The translations under genes were made by a program, and so were the position numbers. A stretch of DNA of 25,228 nt from Alloascoidea hylecoeti (taxonomy: Eukaryota), in assembly GCA_001600815.1 (NCBI GenBank), contig BCKZ01000032.1:124001-149228 (forward strand), read 5' to 3'. The notes below the pieces were generated by a model. It did not search any database and was not told the origin of the DNA. It saw nothing but the letters and a program-made list of their open reading frames with translations. Each line of letters begins with the position of its first letter. Within the stretch, counting starts at the first letter, position 1. Shown piece by piece: positions 18,501 through 25,228 of the stretch.

Positions 18501-21159
18501 TCCTCCTTTACCAACTGTTCGAAAATTTATTCATTTATTAAATGATAATGATTTAGATTTTGAAGAAGAAGTTAAATTAGAAAAAGGTAGAAAAGAAATT
18601 AATGATGATGTTAAAAAGAATGATGAATTAGAACAATATATTAATCAATTAGATGTTAAAATTGCATTACTTGTTAAAAATAAAATAACATTGGATGAAT
18701 TAATTAGACAGCATCGTAATAATAAAGGATTTATGAGTTCATCATCAAATTTAGGTAATAATGGTTCAATTTTATCATTAGATTCTTCAAAAAATAATAA
18801 TGATTTTAATTTAAAAGCATTAAATAAAAATTCAAGAAAAAGATTAGAATTATATCAAGGATTTTTTTATATTTTACAAACTCAACCATTTTATTTTTCA
18901 AGATTATTTAATTTATTAAATTCAAGAACAATGAATGATAAAGAATTAAAAGAAATTGAAAATTTAGTACTTGTTGTTTTTAATACATCAAATAATAGTT
19001 TTTCATCTGTTAATAAAACAAAAGATGATACTTCAACTTCATCAATTGGTGAATTTAAAAGAGAAGAATTTTTTTTTATAAAATTAATTGTTTCAAGTAT
19101 TACTGAAGATATTAAAATAACACCTGAATTGAAAATTTTTATTAAAAATAATTCAACATTAAATTTCTTTTGGATAAGATTATTTAATCAATTAAATTTA
19201 AAATATGATAAAAAACAATATTTACGTGGTATATTAGGACCATCAATAACAATGGTTACAGAAATTGAAGAATTAGATTTAGAATCTCATCCATTAATGA
19301 TTTATAGATCATTAATAATTAAAGAAGAATTAAATTCAAATTTAAAAAGTATTAAAAATCCAAATATACCTGTTGCAAAAGCAATTCAAGACCCTGATAC
19401 AAGAGTTCAATTTGTTACAAATTTACAAAGATTAAGAGAATTAACAAATGAATTTATAAACGATATTGAAACAAGTATTAAAAATATGCCTTATTATGTA
19501 AGATATATTTTAAGAGAAACTTATAGATCAAGTGTAAGGAAATTTACAAATGAAAATGAAAAGAAACATTTAGGTGTTGTTGGTGGTGTTTTTGCAACTA
19601 ATTATTTATCTGGTATAATTAATCATCCAGAAGAATATGGTATTGGAATTGAGAATGATGATGATTCAAATAGTAATAAAGTATCATTAATTTTTAATGT
19701 TAATCAAAAGAAAAATTTATCAGAAATTGGAAAATTATTATCACAATTATTTATAATGAGACCGTTTGGTAGTGAAAATGTTTATTTACAACCTTTAAAT
19801 GAATTTATTGTTGGTTCAGTCGATCGTATTGAAAGAATTTTGAAAAAAATTATTGATGTTCAAGATATTGAAGATGTTTATCAAATGAATAGTCTTAATG
19901 ATATCATTTGTACAAAAAGACCAGTTTTATATATTAAATCTGCTGATATGTTTGCAATTCATGCTTTATTTGGTCAAGAAATTAAAAATATGATTGAAAA
20001 ACCAAGATGGGGTACAGATCCTTTAAATAAATTAATTAATGAATTAGGTTCATTGCCAAATAAAGCAAATGAAATTCTTAATTTATCAAAATTTAGTGAA
20101 ATTAAATTGGATTTAAATCCTAATTATTATTACAATAATGTTGAAAACAGTGAAATTATTAACAGAGAAATTACTATAAATTCAATGTTTATGGAAGCCA
20201 AAAGATGTTTATTATATATTATTCAAGTTCAAAATATTGGTTCAAATTTAGTTGATTTATTAATTGAACAAGTAACACCAAAACATGAAGAAAAATATAA
20301 AAGAATTTTAGAAGAAGAAAATAAACATGATAAAAAAAGATCTGCATATATTGAAGGAGCATTAGGAGATTTATCAAAATTATCATATCGTGAATTAAAA
20401 AGAGTTGCATTAGAAAGAATTATTGAACTTGAATCATTTGGAAAGTTAACTAGAAAAAACTCATTTCAAGATATTTTAAATTCAATGGCCGCAGATATTA
20501 GAACAAAACATGATCGTCGTATACAAAGATCTGAAGAATTAAATAAAATTAATGAAATATTAGAAAAATTAAGCAAAAAGAATGATTATCTTCAATTACA
20601 ATTAAAAACTTATAATGATTATATTGAAAAATCAATGTCAAATTTACAAGTTTCAAGTTCAAATTCAAAAAGAAAAAATACTCTTAAACATTTATTACCT
20701 TTTACAAAACAATATTTTCATTTAAGAAATTTACAAAAAATGGGGAAAGTTCCTAAATTTGGCTCATATAAATATTCAGCACAAAATTTTTATGATCGTG
20801 GTATTTTGGTTGAAATATCAAATGGTACACTCAGCAATAGTTATTATGGTCCTCAAAGTAATGGTAAATCTTTAATGAATCCTTCTATAAATTCATTAAA
20901 TTCTACATCACCAGTTTATTTGCCAGGACAATTACCAAAGATTGATTTCACAATTTCAAGTGATGAAGTTGGTATATTTATATTTTCTGCATCACATGGA
21001 TCAGTTCAAATTCCTGGTGCTTCGGTAAGAATCACATTAGATGAATTGTTAAATAAACAATATGATAATGTTCAATGGATGACATGCTTTGAAGGAATGG
21101 TTAAATTTGATACAAATGGATTATTAACTTTTATATTCAAAAAGTTTTATGGGGACTAA
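15574..21159 (+). CDS. IQG1: IQGAP-family cytokinesis scaffold, 1861 aa
   Basis: CH domain (QAYEYLCRIGEAKEWIE...LRNGVILAKL...FELTDLYDKKNIPKVIFCIHALS), ~19 IQ-like repeats (LQSIIRG type), a RasGAP-related domain, and a RasGAP_C region (FTKQYFHLR...PKFGSYKYSA...FIFKKFY). Confidence 0.96.
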   Translation: MRKEGSRGKPNPRPYSIIGTGSGLGSGWDSALGVAASGRPPGSPYGSPYGSSYGNSYGKPPGSLNGLGENYHQRSNSTRSVASRYMENINAESSLNLRRGSVSSLRSIVGADAEQRDSIVSPTNTTAYLKQLSHSGSRYNVDELVDVTEHAEDVVGMKGRIRLQRKETQSENTSFGSRWMDKQRENIQAYEYLCRIGEAKEWIEACINEEIPSIVTLEESLRNGVILAKLTKAFKPHLVKRIYTAKRLQFIHSENINYFFKFLDEVGMPDLFKFELTDLYDKKNIPKVIFCIHALSFILSAEDLAPEINDLVGKLQFTDDEIRKTQKGLDATGVSLPNFNSMNKHFKDSRNNSPIPSREATPEPIPEPVRIPTPPPPKPKELTPQEQVDVIYKKLTDLDALITFQSVSRGSITRYSLFVTKFALRQHRDELTELYSIYRGNEFRKNFKEKLSMNNANNFITSLQSIIRGKKQLKQISKFKKLLNKNNGDITILQSIVRSKKTQKKQQNIIFQLNDNLNENSVISLQSIIRGNKSRKSYNKLISNVNDLKSKDIMVKLDSLIRGINQRSKIRNLKENLSKDKLNILKLQSLIRGIKSRSKFNNLKFNLLKNENEIILLQSIIRRIKQSKKSIKLISNLNQSKNELPIIKLQSLFRANKTRSNQKNLKNKLLNENESIITLQSIFRSTKSRRDVSIIKNNVATTESTITTISSIVRGKKIRSNISKLKKQLSKNSKSISNLQAIIRRIQYIDEFNEFRSLLTNPRISSSILNLQSLSRGAIVRNSQRKLLSELYGDFDTVYEIKSLQSIIRGNFKRSFYSSIIKELKRTFNMSLELQSIARGGLCREALNNLLDSIDMEEYNILQLQSIIRGGIITRNGLIDFHYDLLLNEYEIIELQSIFRGVLIRFGYDLIRDDLNDATSGVILLQSHLRGYLIRKRYNDRMQFFKDNIDKIINLQSYVRARTQGNAYKQLISTTNPPLPTVRKFIHLLNDNDLDFEEEVKLEKGRKEINDDVKKNDELEQYINQLDVKIALLVKNKITLDELIRQHRNNKGFMSSSSNLGNNGSILSLDSSKNNNDFNLKALNKNSRKRLELYQGFFYILQTQPFYFSRLFNLLNSRTMNDKELKEIENLVLVVFNTSNNSFSSVNKTKDDTSTSSIGEFKREEFFFIKLIVSSITEDIKITPELKIFIKNNSTLNFFWIRLFNQLNLKYDKKQYLRGILGPSITMVTEIEELDLESHPLMIYRSLIIKEELNSNLKSIKNPNIPVAKAIQDPDTRVQFVTNLQRLRELTNEFINDIETSIKNMPYYVRYILRETYRSSVRKFTNENEKKHLGVVGGVFATNYLSGIINHPEEYGIGIENDDDSNSNKVSLIFNVNQKKNLSEIGKLLSQLFIMRPFGSENVYLQPLNEFIVGSVDRIERILKKIIDVQDIEDVYQMNSLNDIICTKRPVLYIKSADMFAIHALFGQEIKNMIEKPRWGTDPLNKLINELGSLPNKANEILNLSKFSEIKLDLNPNYYYNNVENSEIINREITINSMFMEAKRCLLYIIQVQNIGSNLVDLLIEQVTPKHEEKYKRILEEENKHDKKRSAYIEGALGDLSKLSYRELKRVALERIIELESFGKLTRKNSFQDILNSMAADIRTKHDRRIQRSEELNKINEILEKLSKKNDYLQLQLKTYNDYIEKSMSNLQVSSSNSKRKNTLKHLLPFTKQYFHLRNLQKMGKVPKFGSYKYSAQNFYDRGILVEISNGTLSNSYYGPQSNGKSLMNPSINSLNSTSPVYLPGQLPKIDFTISSDEVGIFIFSASHGSVQIPGASVRITLDELLNKQYDNVQWMTCFEGMVKFDTNGLLTFIFKKFYGD

Positions 21160-22394
21160 AATAAAATATTAATGAAAAGATTTTATAAAATCAATCAGTA
21201 AGTTTTTATTATTTTTGTCTTTAGTCGGTGTTTTTTATTTTTATTATTATTATGACAATCATTTGTTTTCTTTTTTCTCGTTCATAATTATTCGTTATAT
21301 TTAAACTGTTGAATCGTTTATATCATTGCAACTAGATGTTATTTAACTATTTAACTCTTTATTATATGCTTTTTTCCCATACGCTTATAATTAATATCAT
21401 ATATATATATACCTATTTCTTATCCATACATTATTCATCTATTTAATTATGATGTTTTTGATCTAGTTTAGTTTGTCGATGTATCAGATATATTTTATTC
21501 AAAATCGAGGTTTAAATACAAGTCTTCATATTTTTAAAAAACACATATGTAAAATACAAACAGATGTTTCTTAATTAAGTTCCAAGCCATTAATATTAAT
21601 TGACCATTCTTGGAGTTTGACCTTTAAGGTTTTATAATTTATATACACATTTTTTAAATTATTTCCCTGAGGGGAAATTAACCTGTTAATTTAAGCAGAA
21701 GTTTAAAACCTCTACATCTCACGAATCTCCCTAATACAGCTTTCACTGGACGGGAGGACTGGTAATTATAGGCTATAATTATTTTGTAATTTATTTGGTA
21801 ATTGAAAATGTATGTACCATGTCCTTATATTAAATTAAATGACCGGTTATCTACATTTCATTTAAAACTGATGTCATATTTCGTTTACCTTCAAAACTAT
21901 ATGAATATGTAATTTTTCTACCCCATTTCCAGAAATTTTGATCTTGTGATCCGACTTCAAGGTGAGAACAAATTAAAGTCAATCATTAAAGAGTTGAAAG
22001 ATCTCACGATAATAGCTAATCAAACGAAATTATTTTCATCAAAGATGATAAAGAATTAACTTTAGTTTCTAATAATGTTTCTCTCCTAATTGCTTCAGTA
22101 GCCATAATGACTACTGGAGGCATTTCAATAATCTTTTCGTTTGCTGTTGAATTAAGAGCATTGTGACAAAGCTCTAGGTGCCTGGGTGTAACAGCCACGG
22201 TGAATTTGGTATGGTAACCGAAATGTAAACCACACTAATTTTTTGGTAAATGGAAATGATGTATAACAATTTCACTGTACCCGTAAGCTGTAGCTTTCAT
22301 AAAAACGTAAACCATATAATGTAGTAAACTGAACTGATTTAAAATAGATGTACTGAATGGGGAGGACCCATCGAAGAGGTCGTTAAACAATGAA

Positions 22395-23513
22395 TTATAA
22401 ATGCCTTAATATTTTTTTTAAATTATCAGTAAAATCATAAATTAAAACATCACCATAAGTAGCTAAAACAGCTAGCCTTTTAGATTCAGCTTCAATTGAT
22501 AAAGAATAAAATTCTGTATCTTGGTGTAAGTTTCTGAATCTTCAAATTATTTAAATAATTTTAGATCATTTAAATTCCAAATATTAATAGTATCATAATA
22601 AACAGAAATGAGTTTATTATTATTAATACATAATAAACCTAGTTCTCCTTCGTTGATAAAATAGTTGTTCTCTTTGTTTGTAAATCCAAAGCTGTTAGTT
22701 TGTCGTGGTCACTAACAACTAAGTATTGATCATTTACTACAAAGTTATATACAACATCAAATGGGAATTCTTGGATTATTTTACCAGTTTCAATATTCTA
22801 GGATCTTAAACCTCCAGATACTCCAGCATACATAATACTATTATGAATCTAAACACGACCATCAATACAGTGTTGTAAATGAAACTTTAGTTGATGTTCC
22901 AAATTATCAAGACTTGATTTCTGAACACGAGTATATTCAATGTTATAACATACAATATAATCACTATGTAAAACGACGCTTATTAAGTCGACAATATATG
23001 TTTGTGGTAATATCAGACGATGTATTGGCTTAAAATCTAATGATTTCCAAATTATAAAAGAACCATCTAATGAATCAGAAACCAAATATTTATCATTAAT
23101 ATCCAAGAATAAAATATCACTGAAATGAGTTATGGCATCGCTTTTTTATTAACTCCAACAAATGAGTCTCTGATAAACTCCTTGTTGAAAGATTAAGGTT
23201 TTGTTTTCCTAATATTCTTATACAAAGATAATTTTCAGTATCCCAAATTGTTATTGCACAATCACTTGAAACTAGTCCAATTTTTATAAAATTTATCATT
23301 TTTCCAGTTCAATTCTAAAAGATAACGTTCTTTGTGTAATTCACTCCATGAATCTGTTTCTGAATCATCATTATAGTATTCCCAAGATATTTCATCTTGA
23401 CATTTCGATTTCCATATATTATCATTTTCAGCTATTCGTTTCCATAATTTAAAAATTGTTCTACAAATAAGTAAAGTTGTTCATGGCAAATCTAAGAAGA
23501 TTATTTCAGATAT
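22395..23513 (-). pseudogene. F-box/WD40 family pseudogene B (near full length, disrupted)
   Basis: ISEIIFLDLP*TTLLICRTIFKLWKRIAENDNIWKSK...NDDSETDSWSELHKERYLLELNWK (TGA at 23481-23483), followed by an internal deletion and frameshifts. It continues LDINDKYLVSDSLDGSFIIWK...SSLDNLEHQLKF and ends YGDVLIYDFTDNLKKILRHL*. Confidence 0.9.
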
Positions 23514-23989
23514 TGTCGTCTCAAAAAAAAAAGATTTTGGTTTAAGGACATGTTGCAATCAATTGTTTGAATGGCTGTTGTCTACGTATTAGTAGTTATT
23601 AATAATAATACGACTCTTGACAATTGGGAAAAAAGAAAGAGGTTTTGAACTTTACTCCTTGTTTTTGTGAAATCTAGCTAAAGTGGTACGTACCAGTAAG
23701 TGTACATGTATAGCTACATAGTAGAATATTTTGGTAGACGGGTAGCTATCCATATATGACTATGTACATCTGCAGTATTCCTTTATATGGATATGCAACT
23801 ATGCATGAATACCATATAGAGTATCTTATATTGCATATACATATGCAAATAAATTAAGGATAAATAGTTTTACTTTTTTTGATTTAAAAGGAATGTTTGG
23901 GACTCAAGCAAAAACGACGTTAGCTTTAATGCTGCAGAACCGAGACATACACACAGTTGAGTAGCCACATGTCTACCCTAAATCAAACG

Positions 23990-24365
23990 AGAAAATCCGA
24001 TACGTGGATCATAAAAGAGTAAAATCCTAAGATTTAAGTTTTGATGTTGCTGCACGTGCAGGACATGAGGTCGGGTAAATTATTGATCATCAGCTGCTAT
24101 TGGAGTCTTTCATCCGAGCCCCATCCGAAACCTAGTCAAATTTTTGACTATCTTAGACTCGTTTTGGTTTCGGATCTCTGGATATTTCGATTATGTAATA
24201 ATATAGTAATAATAATTGGATAACAATGGGTAAATGTACGAATGCATGGGTGTGTGTGGAGGATTTGGATTTGGATTCGGATTTGGGTTATAGATTTCGA
24301 GGCCAGATTCGGACTAAACACGGGTAACCTCTGAAATGCCGAGTCCGAATCCAAATGCATCTCTA
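23990..24365. mobile_element. hAT-like DNA transposon remnant (one recognisable end)
   Basis: The right end reads TAGAGATGCATTTGGATTCGGACTCGG on the minus strand. Clustered TCCGA/TCGGA and GGATTT repeats occur in both orientations (about 23995, 24113, 24124, 24170, 24261-24286, 24306, 24339-24355). No matching left end or TSD was found. Confidence 0.4.
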
Positions 24366-24446
24366 GTTGCTATGCATAGTAGTTGCTCTACCATAACCAT
24401 TTATAATTGTAGTATTTTATTACACTCATTACGCAAAACACTTAAG

Positions 24447-25228
24447 ATGACATTAGATTTTGTTTCCGATTTCCCTGTTGAATTATCTGAAATAATCTTT
24501 TCAAATTTGCCAACAACAACTTTACTGATTTGTAGAACAATTTCTAAATCATGGAAACATATAGCTGATATCGATAATATTTGGAAATCAAAGTTTCAAG
24601 AACAGAAATCATGGAAATACAATAATGATGATGGGGAAACTGATTCATGGCATGAATTATACAAGGAACGTTATCTCTTAGAATCAAATTGGAAACATGG
24701 TAGATTTGGAAAGTTTAGACTAACACATTCTATTTTCACAAGTAGCGTTAAATTTTATAAAAACTGGTTTATAACTGGTGGAGCAAATTCTACAATATAT
24801 ATTCAGGATAGTAGTTTTACTTTCGATTATTTAAAAGTATTAGGCAAATCAACTTATGGTAATCACTCTATATCAAGAGATGCATTTTTAAGATTAATAG
24901 AAAAAAGTGATGTTATAACTCATTTTAGTTCTATTACATGCTTGGATATTAATGATAAATATTTGGTGTCTGGTTCAGTCGATTATTCATATATAATTTG
25001 GAGCTTACCAGATTTTAAACCTATATATCGTCTGATCTGTCCATCAAAGTCTGAAGGTGGTTTAAGAAGCGTCTGTTTATACAATGATTATATTGTAGGC
25101 TCTCATGGTGTTAATATTACGGTTTGGAAATCAAGTCTTGATATAGAAAATCAATTAAAGTTTAATTTACAAGTCCGTATAAAAACACGTGGCTGGATTA
25201 CTCAGATTCGCATTCATAATGGTATTAT
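24447..25228 (+). CDS. F-box/WD40-repeat protein C (3'-partial; open for 260 codons to the window edge)
   Basis: MTLDFVSDFPVELSEIIFSNLPTTTLLICRTISKSWKHIADIDNIWKSKF (F-box), WHELYKERYLLESNWKHG (helical linker), then WD40-like repeats (VKFYKNWFITGG..., HFSSITCLDINDKYLVSGSVDYSYIIW). It is absent from the ORF track because it has no stop in the window. Confidence 0.88.
   Translation, partial: MTLDFVSDFPVELSEIIFSNLPTTTLLICRTISKSWKHIADIDNIWKSKFQEQKSWKYNNDDGETDSWHELYKERYLLESNWKHGRFGKFRLTHSIFTSSVKFYKNWFITGGANSTIYIQDSSFTFDYLKVLGKSTYGNHSISRDAFLRLIEKSDVITHFSSITCLDINDKYLVSGSVDYSYIIWSLPDFKPIYRLICPSKSEGGLRSVCLYNDYIVGSHGVNITVWKSSLDIENQLKFNLQVRIKTRGWITQIRIHNGI

Noticed and set aside
486..20410. Short overlapping or antisense track ORFs (486..743, 3236..3418, 4190..4522, 4624..4809, 6383..6706, 8807..9136, 8931..9248, 9316..9774, 9540..9851, 9852..10133, 10476..10682, 10758..10946, 11439..11675, 15561..15749, 15589..15792, 16013..16210, 20219..20410)
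   Set aside because: Shadow frames of well-supported genes, explained by low-complexity or GC-rich codon structure; no recognisable domains.
21661..21692. Overlapping short hairpins ATTTCCC-TGAG-GGGAAAT and AAATTAAC-CT-GTTAATTT, considered as a Helitron 3' end
   Set aside because: No CTRR terminus at the expected distance; 7-8 bp stems are expected by chance.
22016..22198. 'VTPRHLEL' resembling histone H2A IxPRHLQL
   Set aside because: No other histone-fold residues match.
23518..23532. CGTCTC followed by A10, reminiscent of an Alu 3' end or retro-insertion
   Set aside because: Only a 6-nt match plus a short A tract in AT-rich fungal DNA; no element body or TSD.
24041..24360. ORFs 24041..24223 and 24148..24360
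   Set aside because: They arise from the repeat-rich putative transposon remnant (IRIQIQI from GGATTT repeats); not transposase-like.

Overview
AT-rich eukaryotic (ascomycete yeast, Saccharomycotina-like) genomic DNA. Conserved core genes: the 3' part of a fungal-specific transcription-factor-domain gene (runs off the left edge), FPR3/FPR4-type nucleolar FKBP, RPL6 (one intron), eIF4G (TIF4631/2), YAR1 (one intron) and IQG1. The gaps between them hold accessory DNA that the ORF track largely misses. (i) A divergent Sir2/Hst1 sirtuin sits between two direct copies of the TF gene's 3' end/terminator. It is preceded by a ~290-bp foldback element and followed tail-to-tail by a decayed inverted sirtuin copy. 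(ii) Three members of an F-box/WD40 family occur within ~12 kb: a 5'-truncated pseudogene bracketed by a 20-bp inverted repeat, a near-full-length pseudogene, and a copy that is open to the right edge with a hAT-like transposon end ~80 bp upstream. Very GC-rich islands mark the 5' ends of eIF4G and IQG1. All calls come from manual reading and translation; no searches were run.
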